A DNA stretch of 64,000 nucleotides from Macrostomum lignano (lineage: Eukaryota). Positions 26,101-37,245 of this stretch are shown piece by piece. The translations under genes were made by a program, and so were the position numbers. Each line of letters begins with the position of its first letter. Position 1 is the stretch's first letter. The stretch lies in NCBI GenBank assembly GCA_002269645.1, contig NIVC01000641.1:118912-182911 (forward strand), written 5' to 3'. Under the pieces are notes generated by a model. The model did not search any database. It was not told where the DNA came from and was given only the letters and a program-made list of their open reading frames with translations.

Positions 26101-27649
26101 TTGTGAAACTTCGGACAGTAATCCTCACGAACAATGATCCTTGCTTTCGCGTTGTTGATGAGTCCGAGTCCAGACGAAAACACCTCCGGGTAAGCCTCAA
26201 AGATGGATTTTGGTGAAAAGGTGCTTCCAATTTCAGCCACGTGGACAACCTTCTGCCAATCCAGCTTAAGGATATTCAGCCAGTCCCTTCCTAGCAAATT
26301 CGATCCGTTGCCCTTAACCACCAAAACTTTCAGCTTATGCTGCAGTCCTCCATGAGTGACTTCGACTAGAGCTTCACCGAGCGTCGGAATTGCATGGTTC
26401 GAGTAACTAAACAGTCGCGTTGACGTCTTGCTCAGCTCCAACCCAATATCCTTGTAGCAATGCTCGTTGATTAGCGTTCTGTCGGCTCCTGTATCGATGT
26501 TGAACTCAACATTTGTACCTTGCAGCTTGATCACACACCTGTATGGAGAGCTGACAGTTGAAATGTCGCAGTCGCACCAACGAACAGTTTGTATTTCGCC
26601 ACTTGATCCTTCACTATCAGATTCAGAGTCTTCAGCCATTACTGCTCTTGTCTTCTTGCAGAATCCAGGTTTATTTCGTATATGCCTATGTCTGCTGGCA
26701 CTTCCGTTTGAGGTCTTCGTTCGGCATGCGCGTTCGTGATGTCCCTGCTTGGAACACTTTGAGCAAACCTTTTCTCGAAATGGACAACTCTTGGCCCAAT
26801 GGTCAGTTCCATGGCAACGATAGCATCCACTCTTGGCACTGCGTCCGGCTTTGTCAAACTTTGTACTTTGACTAAGCTTAGGTCGGCTACCTTTGGACAA
26901 GTTGATGGTATGTACAGACGACCCAGCTATAGCAGCGACCCCTCGATCAGCAGTCTCCATAGCTGTTGCTAGAGTCAGAGCTGTATCCAGTGTGAGCTTG
27001 TCCTCTTGGAGCAGCCGCTGTTGAATTAGTTTGTTTCGAATGCCGCAGACGAGTCGATCTCTCAATGCATCATCTAGGAACTTATCGAATTCGCAGGTTG
27101 ATGCCAGCTTCCTCAGACCCACTAAGTAATCGCTTACAGTCTCACCTTCATTCTGGTTGCGATGGTAGAAGTTGTATCTCTCCACAATGAGTTTCTTCTT
27201 TGGAGCAAAGTAATCCCGCAGCGCTTTCTGAAGAGTTGCGTACGTTTCGTCCTTGGGCTTCTTAGGAGACACCAGATCTCGAAGCAGCGCGTAGCAGTCA
27301 TCACCGATTGCTGTGATCAGTGTAGCCCGCTTTTTGGCATCGTCTTCAATCTTCTCCAGGATGAACAACTGCTCCAGTCGCTCCTCGTAGGCTTCCCATT
27401 TGTCTGGCTGGTCTGTGGAGAATTCGCTGATTTTCATCCTCGTCGCCATTGTTACGTCTTTGCACAAATCACGTAGTCACTAAGTAAAGCAACTTAGAAG
27501 TTTAGTCAGCTCAAGGCTCTGGCTTTTACGCCGTGTATTTCTCGCGCGTTAGCGTCTAACTTAGCGAACTGTCTCTCTTTTAATCCAGCTCAACTTCAGC
27601 TCGCAGGCTTGCCCATAGACATAGTTCGTACTAAAAGGCATACATATCA
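23130..27649 (-). mobile_element. Intact Ty3/Gypsy (Mag-like) LTR retrotransposon, 4520 bp
   Basis: LTRs 23130-23331 and 27450-27649 are identical except for one TG indel and have TG...CA ends. 5-bp TSD GTACG (23125-23129, 27650-27654). PBS TGGCGACGAGGATG (27435-27448) matches the 3' end of tRNA-Ser(GCU). PPT at 23332-23346. Confidence 0.97.
23382..27449 (-). CDS. gag-pol: Single-ORF Gag-Pol polyprotein (1355 aa)
   Basis: Two CCHC knuckles (CYRCHGTDHWAKSC, CSKCSKQGHHERAC), protease IDTGA, RT YIDD, RNase H DASKYG, integrase HHCC + D,D,E (DFFGP, TDNG, SERMV); no stops or frameshifts. Confidence 0.97.
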   Translation of the reverse strand: MATRMKISEFSTDQPDKWEAYEERLEQLFILEKIEDDAKKRATLITAIGDDCYALLRDLVSPKKPKDETYATLQKALRDYFAPKKKLIVERYNFYHRNQNEGETVSDYLVGLRKLASTCEFDKFLDDALRDRLVCGIRNKLIQQRLLQEDKLTLDTALTLATAMETADRGVAAIAGSSVHTINLSKGSRPKLSQSTKFDKAGRSAKSGCYRCHGTDHWAKSCPFREKVCSKCSKQGHHERACRTKTSNGSASRHRHIRNKPGFCKKTRAVMAEDSESDSEGSSGEIQTVRWCDCDISTVSSPYRCVIKLQGTNVEFNIDTGADRTLINEHCYKDIGLELSKTSTRLFSYSNHAIPTLGEALVEVTHGGLQHKLKVLVVKGNGSNLLGRDWLNILKLDWQKVVHVAEIGSTFSPKSIFEAYPEVFSSGLGLINNAKARIIVREDYCPKFHKSRPVPFAMKKLIEDELNNLVNEGIISKLSSSDCASPIVPVLKKDGKSIRICADFKRTINPQLEVDKYPLPRQEEMFATLNGGKYFSKLDISQAFLQLELEESSRKFTTMNTHLGLYQYNRLTMGLASAPAQFQEAIEKILCGLEVVAYIDDILISGRSLEEHDQKLHKVLKTLQYRGVRLNKDKCKFRLQKVEFMGHIINNDGLHPSPDKVIAVRNAPNPTSVSEVRSLVGLINYYGKFIPNSSTVLAPLNRLLRNDVTFSWSSQCQAALDSVKSILTSDRLLVHFDPKKPIILHTDASKYGLGCVLSHTMPGGAELPISYASRTLSPAEQNYSQLEKEALSIIFGIKKFHQYLFGNKFILVTDHKPLTTIFGEKKDIPSIAASRLQRWAVLLSAHQYEIRFRKTEDHGNADALSRLPLPSSTSRVDKVMERRLQELPITAVEIRRETARDPILSKVIRFCQNGWPEKCEFELEIYRQKGNELCLEQGVIFWGIRAIIPSSLQHQVLDLLHEGHPGIVSMKSIARLHVWFPGIDQQIERAVKQCKGCELQRSKPPESAVHPLSWPEKPWTRLQADFFGPCFGFNWLVIVDATSKWVEVFPMKVASAANTIQRFRETFARFGIPRQILTDNGSQFASQEFAEFTKRNNIHHIFSAVGHPRTNGLSERMVQTAKNAIRAGMKSHGDAMLSLHNFLFRYRSTPHSTTGKSPAEMMLAYARRTKLDFLKPDTYGRVLDSQSKQMMRREHIPHREFQAGDIVLALDFRREKENKWAQAKVLKQTGPLSYHVEVNGQIWKRHVDHLIKSETEVVPQPQCDFDTELTQAHNAKNSYKLKKDAKEEAESTGPNLEHHGQTGKSSRAIDKTRKLAASSSFDIKPKDGQDVKQHPNQRVLRDRSKLKKPDFFVAN

Positions 27650-27654
27650 GTACG

Positions 27655-27856
27655 GCTGTTCAGTCCAAGGACTGGGGGGGTCGCCACACGCACCCTCAAT
27701 TACCCCAGCTAATGCTGGCACCCATTTTACAGCTGGGTGAACTGATGCAATGTAGAGTTAAGTGCCTTGCTCAAGGACACAAATTGTTCCGAGTGGGTCG
27801 GAGAATCGAACCACCGACCTTTCAGTTGTGAGTCCGACGCTCTAACCACTAGACTT
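27655..27856 (-). mobile_element. tRNA-headed CORE-SINE (5' part; remainder at ~23020-23129, split by the Gypsy)
   Basis: Minus strand has A box TAGTGGTTAG and B box GGTTCGATTC, then TGTGTCCTTGAGCAAGGCACTTAAC...CTGTAAAATGGG, which resembles the MIR CORE domain. Confidence 0.75.
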
Positions 27857-28274
27857 AGTACTGAAGAAGACTAAGATTAAGCTAGTACTGAATACACGAC
27901 TCTTGCACAGCTGCAGTCAGGGTTCCTGGGTTCAACTCCCGCTTCTGAGGGCCAACCTCCAAGGCCGAAAGTTTTTACTGCCTAAGAGACACAAAAGTCA
28001 AGGCAGACGTTCAAAAATCCGAATGCGAATGTGCCTGTCTAATGTACTCGTATGTCACTGTAAGTTGCGTCAGACCCCTGCAAGACACAGAGTTACAAAT
28101 AAAACGAAATAGAATACCGAGGAAAAAATGACTGAATTTATAGAGATTAAAAAGCAACTATAATGCGCATTGCTTCTACTATAAGTAAGACAAATGCATT
28201 GGAGCAATTTTATAAACTCGTGTATTTGGCAAAATAGAAATTGATCTATGAAGCATGACTGCCACCGCCTCAGC

Positions 28275-31200
28275 TCAGGCCAGAAAGTCAATCTGAATGT
28301 CCTCCTCCTCCTCCTCCTCTGACGGCCCCGCGGTGCCCGAAGCTCCCGGCGCCGCCTCCGACCCGCCGCCGCTTGCCGCGGTGTACTTCTCGTGCACAGA
28401 CTGGATCTTGGCGTATTCGAAATCCGCCCCGACTGCGCAGGACAACAGGGCGGCGATGCTGCGCTCCTCGGCGTCGCCGAAGACGTAGCCGTTGGCCTGG
28501 TCGACGCTGCGCAGCAGCCGCAGCACCGACTCGCGGTCCTGAATGTCCAGCAGGCTGAAGCTCACCAGAGAGTGGCTCTCAACTAGTTCGGCCAGTGCGC
28601 TCGTGAATCTGAGGGTTGGCAATGCACAGATCCTGTGGCTGAGGGGATGGCACTGGCAAATCCTGTGGCTGAGGGGATGGTACTGTCACATCCTGGGGCT
28701 GAGGGGATGGTACTGTCACATCCTGTGGCTGAGGGGATGGTACCGGCACACATCCTGTGGCTGAGGTGATGGTACTGTCACATCCTGGGGCTGAGGGGAT
28801 GGTACTGTCACATCCTGGGGCTGAGGGGATGGTACTGTCACATCCTGTGGCTGAGGGGATGGTACCGGCACACATCCTGTGGCTGAGGTGATGGTACCGG
28901 CACACATCCTGTGGCTGAGGGGATGGTACTGTCACATCCTGTGGCTGAGGGGATGGTACTGTCACATCCTGTGGCTGAGGGGATGGTACTGTCACATCCT
29001 GTGGCTGAGGGGATGGTACTGTCACATCCTGTGGCTGAGGGGATGGTACTGTCACATCCTGTGGCTGAGGGGATGGCACTGTCACATCATGTCGCTGAGG
29101 GGATGACACTGTCACACATCCTGTGGCTAAGGGGATGGCACTGTCACATCATGTCGCTGAGGGGATGACACTGTCACATCATGTCGCTGAGGGGATGACA
29201 CTGTCACATCCTGTGGCTGAGGGGATGGCACTGTCACATCCTGTGGCTGAGGGGATGACACTGTCACACATCCTGTGGCTAAGGGGATGGCACTGTCACA
29301 CATCCTGTGGCTAAGGGGATGGCACTGTCACATCATGTCGCTGAGGGGATGACACTGTCACACATCCTGTGGCTAAGGGGATGGCACTGTCACACATCCT
29401 GTGGCTAAGGGGATGGCACTGTCACACATTCTGTGGCAAGGGGATAGTACTGTCACATTCTGTGGCAAAGGGATGGTACTGTTACATTCTGTGGCAAGGG
29501 GATGGTACTGTTGCATTCTGTGGCAAGGGGATGGTACTGTTACATTCTGTGGCAAGGGGATGGTACTGTTGCATTCTGTGGCAAGGGGATGGTACTGTTA
29601 CACATCATGTGGCTGATGGGTGGTAACAAGGTGGTAATTCATAATAATTAAACAATTAGAAGTCATAACTAACTTGTGATACTTCTGCAGCACTGGATCG
29701 CCTTCCAGACTCTGCACCAGGTAGGACAGGTCGAGCACATCCGTGAAATAGTCTATGTGAAATGGCAGCTGGCCATACTGCTCAATAAGATCGGCTTTAG
29801 ACAGCACGTTAACATGAGGCAGCTGCAGGTTGAGCATAGCGCTCAGGCTGGTGAGCAGTACGGCAACGAATTTACCAGCATCAGTGCAGTAATGCGAATC
29901 AACCAGGTGCACGCAGGCCAGTCTGTAGTCGCACTTGTTGGTCAGGTGATCCAGCAGCTGCTGCACTGACTGGTCGTTGGTGTACAGTTCTACCTGGCCT
30001 GCGAAGCCGACAATTAGATAAATTATAATAACTCGACTAGAAAAATAGCGGTAATTCCCTTTTCAGTCTATTGCCTTGAGAGTCCGAGTTCGTAACTTTT
30101 AAAGCTCAGGATTCATGACCTTAGGGGCTAGGATTTTTAACAATATATTGACGAAGGCTTGTTTAAACGAAAAGACAGGGTTTTGTAACCTTCGAGGCGA
30201 TGGTTGGTGACCTGAGACGAGGTTCTTGAATTGTGACCTTAGAGCTGAGGGTATGTGACCTTAGTCGGGAGGTTCATGACCTTAGAGTTGAGGGTGCGTG
30301 ACCTTAGTCGAGAGGTTCGTGATCTTTGAGTTGGGGGTACGTGACTAGTAGAGAGGTTCGTGATCTTTGAGTTGGGGGTACGTGACTAGTAGAGAGGTTC
30401 GTGATCTTTGAGTTGGGGGTACGTGACTAGTAGAGAGGTTCGTGACCTTAGAGTTGAGGTTACGTGACCTTAGTAGGGAGGTTCGTGACCTTAGAGTTGA
30501 GGTTACGTGACCTTAGTAGAGAGGTTCGTGACCTTAGAGTTGAGAGTACGTGACCTTAGTAGAGAGGTTCGTAATCTTTGAGTTGGGGGTACGTGATCTT
30601 AGTAGAGAGGTTCGTGACCTTAGAGTTGAGGTTGCGTGACCTTAGTAGAGAGGTTACGTGACCTTAGTAGAGAGGTTCGTGACCTTAGTAGAGAGGTTCG
30701 TGACCTTAGAGTTGAGGTTGCGTGACCTTAGTAGAGAGGTTCGTAATCTTTGAGTTGGGGGTACGTGACCTTAGTAGAGAGGTTCGTGACCTTAGTAGAG
30801 AGGTTCGTGACCTTAGTAGAGAGGTTCGTGACCTTAGTAGAGAGGTTCGTGACCTTAGTAGAGAGGTTCGTGACCTTAGTAGAGAGGTTCGTGACCTTAG
30901 TAGAGAGGTTACGTGACCTTAGTAGAGAGGTTCGTGACCTTAGTAGAGGTTCGTGACCTTAGTGGAGAGGTTCATGATCTAGTAGAGCACAAGAGTTCAT
31001 GACCTGGCGATATTTATGGCAATATTTTAATGATAAAAACTGAGCACTAACCTGGCATGTCGAACAAGAAATAGGCATTGGAAAACTGTTTGAGCCGGCC
31101 AACCAGCCAATCAGCATTCTTCAACAGGAAGTCCATGCAGAAAAGCAGACCGCCATTCGGGCCGAGGTCCAGCCTCTCCATGGCCTCATCTAGCCTGACC

Positions 31201-31367
31201 AGCTCAGTGAGATCAATATCTGGCTTGTATGGCAGCTGGTCATTGGCCGGGTCCAGGTTAACCAACACAACTTGGCGCTTCAAGTGACGCTGGAGCAGTT
31301 CGGCCATGCCAGCACAATAGGTTGACTTGCCAGAGCCTGGCGGGCCAATTACAACTTGACCAAACAT
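28275..31367 (-). CDS. GPN2: GPN-loop GTPase 2 (exons 31367-31052, 29998-29674, 28608-28275)
   Basis: [29 protein letters not shown] loop, DMPG|[22 protein letters not shown]; phase-1 and phase-2 GT-AG joins are consistent. Confidence 0.95.
28620..29605. repeat. ~30-bp intronic minisatellite (GTCACATCCTGTGGCTGAGGGGATGGTACT)
   Basis: Fills GPN2 intron 2; the minus-strand unit contains CCCTCAG, like the true acceptor. Confidence 0.95.
30230..30985. repeat. 21/39-bp intronic minisatellite (GACCTTAGTAGAGAGGTTCGT)
   Basis: Tandem array in GPN2 intron 1. Confidence 0.95.
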
Positions 31368-32809
31368 GGCGCCGATGTCTATTTCTAGCTGAGATGCTTC
31401 TGTTTCGATTGCTGAATAGTCAGTTTAAGAAAGGAAATTCCCAGGTTGAAAAATAATAGACCTCTCAAGACTGGGTCAAAGAATATACTACAGTGACCTT
31501 TGCAAACTTTCTTTACCATATGCAGTAATAAGTTCTAGAAGTTCTGTGCTTTTTCAGAAACTTCTATTCTACTTTTTTATAATGTGCAGAGCATTCTAGA
31601 AAATTCTAGCAAGCTCATTTATAAGGTATAAATAAGCAGTACATAATACCTATCTTGACTTTTCTCTCTCAAATGAGACTCAACTCAATAATAAAGAAAA
31701 CTAAAACCACTGCTTTGCTCTATCATTCTTTTTAGTTGAGTGCTACAAATACTAGGAATATACTCCAGCTATATAGTATATAATAATTATTTTACCCTAT
31801 ACACGCCTAATTCTACTCTTTGATATACTATTTCAAAATGTCAACTTTTAGCTTTTTATATAATCCTTTAAATAAATCTAATATATTCCTTATTGATATC
31901 TAATATTTTGTGTCTATTTCGTTTTGCTTATATTAGGATTATGCCTAGAAAGGAATAGTGTAATAAAATATTGGCATAGTATAATAAAACCTAGTCTATG
32001 AAAGTAGTGTATTTTACTTGTACATTGACATAAAATACATTTAATATCTCTTGAAGGTACCTGTACATTGAATTGCTAAATAACAAATTTCTGATTCAAA
32101 TTGCATTCCAATTTGGGGATTTTGTGTGGGTTCATTAATATCCACCAAACTAACATATATTTTGTTATAAATTTATTACTTATGTTTTCAAAAGCAAATG
32201 GAACTACAAGCCTTTCTATGTAAATACAAGTCATTTCTTTAAACCTTAATTGGATAAGAAAAAAATGTTGATTTGCTGCATTTTTTCTAAACTTGGGCGA
32301 TAATCTTTATAGAATATATTATGCTGTATTTTTTCTTAGTGAACAACGAAGAATATTATACAATATATAAAGCATCACATATAGATAAATAAGATAGGGA
32401 TGGATAGATAGATGATTAATTGCAATCAAGAAAGAAAAATAAGTAAACAACAAATTAGTGCCATGTGGAATGTTCTTTAATCTCAGAGAAGTGAAGAATC
32501 TAAAAATACACTTTCTACTACTGATAATAATGCATAAAGGAGAAGGAAAATCGATGGTTTAATTTGTAACTGTAGCAAAATGGCTATCCTTATATATGTA
32601 CAGGTGTACAAGTATATTGTCAATATACTTTCTTCACTGTTTTTGGAAACAGTGCTTTTGGAAAGCAATTTTCTGCAACTAGTTGGAAACTGGCGCAGCT
32701 CAACAAGTATGTGGGGTAATGCCTGCTGCCTGTTGTGTATTGCAAACATTGAAAAAATAGGCACAGGTTTCATCTGAAATACTTAAAAGAATATAAAAAG
32801 AAAGAGACT

Positions 32810-34900
32810 GCTTTGCCATCTGAGTCCACCTCAGCTGATGGAGACTCTTTGCCATCTAAGTCTGCCTCAGCTGATGGAGACTCTTTGTCATCTGAGTCCA
32901 CCTCAGCTGATGGAGACTCTTTGCCATCTGAGTCCGCCTTAGCTGATGGAGACTCTTTGCCATCTGAGTCCACCTTAGCTCATGGAGACTCTTTGCCATC
33001 TGAGTCCGCCTCAGCTCATGGAGACTCTTTGTCATCTGATTCCACCTCAGCTCATGGAGACTCTTTGCCATCTGAGTCTAAGTCGTTACTGTTGGAAGTA
33101 GAGACAGCTGGTGCAGCACACTTATCAACAGAGAAGTCCACGTCAGCCACATCAGATTCTGCTGCTGATCCAAGGATAGCCAGTCTCACTGATATGCATC
33201 ATTGTTTTGCTATTCAGATAAATGGCCAGTTTTGACAGCAAGTCATTCAGCAGTGCTCAGATGAAAAACAACTGGATGAAGAAACAGCAACTATATGGCA
33301 CTCTAGCATGCTAAGCCACCTTGAGAGCCACACTTGCTGTGTAGTTGTATTTTAAAAAAGGACAGTTTTTGTGCTAGGTGGCAGATCAGAGATATTGCTA
33401 AAACAGGAGCTGATCTGTAGGCACAAAACATGTGCAAATAATTTTGTAATTGTTATTCTGAAGTCTGCTCTAAACAATCAGGTTAGTGGAATCGCGCACA
33501 TCTATTCTAAAGGAATTGAGCAACATGAAAAATGAATTTAAGGAGAAGCTCTTCCAAAGAAATAAATGTGGCTGTCAAAAAGCTTGTCACTAATGCCTGC
33601 AATAACTGTCCTCTTCCCTTGGCAGAAAACATGTTTTATAAAAAGTTCAATTCTGCTGATGCAGACAAACTTGAGCACAAAAACTTCAATCAAATAGGTA
33701 GTATTCCTCGGTTCAAGAACATTTGTCGATTAGCCACCAATAATGACAAAACCAGCCAGGACCTACTAGTTCAGCTTGATGACCAACAATCAAAATTTTG
33801 CCGTGTTACACCAAATGCAACCATCAAAGGTTATTTGCAGTCAATTACCATGAGACCATTTCAGCTGCATTTATTCCCAGAAGAGCAGCTGCAGCTGTAG
33901 CCTGCAGCTACTTCTATTTAAAAATCAAAGTCACATGCTGCATTTGGATATGACAGGAAATGTAATAAAGAAACTCAAGTTTATGCGCCAAAAAGTATTT
34001 CTTTATTCAGTGATGATACAATAGAAAGCGCCATTGGGACTCTCCCTTAAAATATTGGCAATGCTCTTCTTGACTACCACAATGTCGATTGTATTGTGGC
34101 CTTCCTCTTTTCCTTTGCTCAATAATTGAGTTGACTGCATTCTAGAAAAATGGACCTATTGGAATGGTTGTAACAGACTTTTTGTGGGCTCTTTTGCACA
34201 GTGTCTGCATAGTTTTTAGCCAAAAGACACTTTAAAAAGTTATTCTACAACACTTCAAGTTTTTTTAGCAGCTACAAAAGGGTAAAACGATTGGAATGAA
34301 AGTGACTCCATTTGTCTGCACCAATCTTTTTATTGCTACAATTTGTCAAACCTTAAAAAAAACCACCATTCAGCCAAATTTTGCCACAAAAAAAGAGATT
34401 TTTTATTTATGGCATTGTACTCCTAATTTATTCCAAGGACTACAACATGTTTGTTTCAAATGTGTTGCTCATTTTGAGGGTTTTTGGATTGCCAACTGCA
34501 GTTTGTCATTCAGTTCTCACTCTATGTCAACGAGTTTTGTCTTGGAAGACCAATTTGCCAGATGCTAACTGAGAACTGGAATGCACTGAGAACTGGAATG
34601 CACTGAACAGTCCCAACCTGCTGCTTCAACGACGCACAAGGATAATGACCATTTTTTTATACTACAAAGAACATTGCCATTTTATAATAAATTCTTGGTG
34701 ATGTTAGAAAAATTTGACAAAGATGAAACCATTGTCACTAAAGAATACTTTTGCTATGACATTGTTGAGCTCATGGTAGAGAAATGGCCGCCTCTTGCAC
34801 CATTGTGAAGACATTTTGTTGTAAAGGCCTTGCGAGACTTGAAGCTAGTTAAGTCCTGGTATTTGAATGTGACAGCCAAGAATCACTTTCAACATTTTAT
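32810..34900 (+). pseudogene. Decayed Mutator-like (MULE) transposase
   Basis: Stop- and frameshift-broken frames read a Cys/His segment (ICRHKTC...H), KGYLQSITMRPFQLHLF, LHLDMTGNVIKK...VFLYSVM and VTDFLWALLHSV. These resemble the MULE DDE motifs hhhDxTG and VTDFxxAL. Confidence 0.55.
32815..33078. repeat. 39-bp tandem repeat (13-aa PSESTSADGDSL unit) inside the transposase remnant
   Basis: About 7 copies, in frame on the + strand. Confidence 0.85.
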
Positions 34901-37131
34901 TTATTTGAAAATTTTGTCTATTGATGTTTTGCCTGCTAAATAGACAAAGTAGTTCTCATTTTTAAACTGTCAATTAGAAAGTAGGTTAGCAATTAGGATG
35001 AGGAGTGGGATAGACTACCCTATATGTAAAAAGTGAATATTGTGTATTATTCATAATTTGGTAATATTTCAGTGTTAATAATGTCTGTTTTGTAGGTTCT
35101 TAGTTTAGCTTACAGGGATTATTCTTATTGTTTATTATATAAGTATATATTATAAAATAGTTTATTAAAATGATACAAGACTCGCATTGCAATGTTTTAC
35201 TAATAATAGAGATTATTAAGTAGCTCTTTACATCATTATCTATCCTTATCCCTATTTTTCAAGAGAAAAAAGTTTTAAAAAAAGCTTTGACTATTTAGCA
35301 AACAAACTAATAATAGCTAAATATATTAAAAACCATTCTACTTGTCTATTTTTATAATAAACTTATAAGTATTATAAAGACTTATTGTGCTAGAAAACTT
35401 TTAATTAACTATTTGCAATAAATGTTTTAAAATAAAATTACAGTTTAACATTTTATACTAGAATAAAAGTGGATATCAAGTAGATAGATAAGGGTCCATA
35501 GAACAGAGTAATAAATATATTTAATCAAGACAATTCTATTCTTTATATTTACTCTTTCTTTCTCTCTCTCTCTTCTCTGACCCATCCCACTGGTCCTTCC
35601 TTTTCATCCATCTACAGTCTGGCCCCTATTGCAGCCAATGGCCATTTTCGTGGACGGCGTCCGGCGCGGATTGGACTGGTGGCGGCGCGGCGCGCGGCGG
35701 CGGCGCGGCGCGTGGCGGCGGCGCGCGGTGGCGTGGTGTGTGGCGGCGGCGCGCAGCGCGCGGCGAGCCATTGACTGACTAATTGAACCAAATCACTGAT
35801 CCTGGGGACTGGCCCTGGCGCAGTACGGGTAGATGTCTGGCGCGGGAAAGGGGGGCGTCCGGCGCGGTTCAGACCTTGGCTGCAATAGGGAGTCTGGCTT
35901 GCCAACAAGATTGCTAAAAACTTTGATAAACTACAAAATAAACCAGGCTCCCACATACTGCCTGCATTTATATGGCAACATAATTTACAAAGCCTCCTAG
36001 CTCCCAATAAGTTTAAGTCTCGGTCAGGAAACCATTGAAACATTTTAACCAATGTGCTCATTTTACCCTATTGAAGTACAATATTTATTCACTTTGTCAT
36101 TTAATTTATATAAACTACTTATTGTACCTACAAATATAGATTTTTATGCTCTTACCTCCAATACCAACATTTTATCTAATTGTATAGTGCTTCAAAAAAA
36201 ACAATTTTTATATACACTGTTGATTGAAATGAATGGTGGAAAGCCTCTAGGACAAGTTAGAGCTAGACAAAACAGGGTTTTAAATGTACGTCCCTCATAT
36301 TTACAACTTACAACTACTCATCAGTTTTATCAAACTAAAAAAATTATTACTTAAAAGACAAACTTGCATTGTATTACATACAGATTTTTGGCCTAATGAA
36401 GAGCCCAGAGGCTTGAAACCAGTAGCCTACTTTCAATTAAATAATTTAACACGCTGTGACCTCTCTTTTCTTTCTTTCTCTTAGAAGACCTTTATTGGCT
36501 TCAAGTTTATATTCTTTAAGTTTATGTTAATAATATTTCCAATTCTCCATTTTTGAAAACTTTCATTAGACACTTAGGGGATGCCCAAAATGATTAAAAA
36601 AAGCAAAAAGCTGCAAAAAAACTACCTTCAATGGTAATGCAACCTTGATTTGTTAATCTTCCTATGGTGTCAATGAGAATTCAATAAAATTATTTTGATG
36701 AATATTGTATTTAAAAATAATCATTTTTTAGAAACAAAAAGACTAAGTTAACATGTTTTATAAATGTAAAATTAAGAATTAAGAAATTACTAGTTAAAAT
36801 TATTTTTTTTAATTATAGGCCTAATATACAATAAATAAAATGACTTTATTAGTAATTACCTTTAATATTGACTTTTGTTAAAATATAAAAAATGCCACAT
36901 CAGATTTTTCTCCTTTTAAAATTTGCCACATCCACAATGCACTGCATTGCTCATCTCTTGAATTCTGATTTGTTGCTACCTTTGCCATTTGTTTGCATAG
37001 GCCTAGGCCTCAAAGCTTATTTTAACTGCTTAAGAATATAGGCTATTAAATAGCTAAAAGCAAACTGAATTAAACTAAAATTTATAATTTTATAAATAGT
37101 TTAGGGGGCCTATAGGCCAGCCTAAGAAAAT

Positions 37132-37245
37132 TCGGCTATCTTCTCGAATCGTTCGTTTAATTCTAACCCCCACCCCCACCACCCTTGAATAGAGGGCGAA
37201 ATAATTCTGGAAATAATTAAACGAACGATTCGAGAAGATTGCCGA
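37132..37245. mobile_element. Small inverted-repeat element (MITE-like), 31-bp arms
   Basis: TCGGCTATCTTCTCGAATCGTTCGTTTAATT (37132-37162) versus AATTAAACGAACGATTCGAGAAGATTGCCGA (37215-37245), one mismatch; no clear TSD. Confidence 0.55.

Noticed and set aside
24178-27476. Antisense and overlapping ORFs within the Gypsy and Polinton coding regions
   Set aside because: Shadow ORFs of the real reading frames, with no independent motifs.
27790-27856. tRNA gene (also 5598-5673)
   Set aside because: A and B boxes are present, but I could not build a full cloverleaf and both run into SINE body sequence.
32390-35260. Terminal inverted repeats for the MULE remnant (GATAGGGAT...GATAGAT versus its complement near 35235)
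   Set aside because: The match is short, low-complexity and mismatched, with no TSD.
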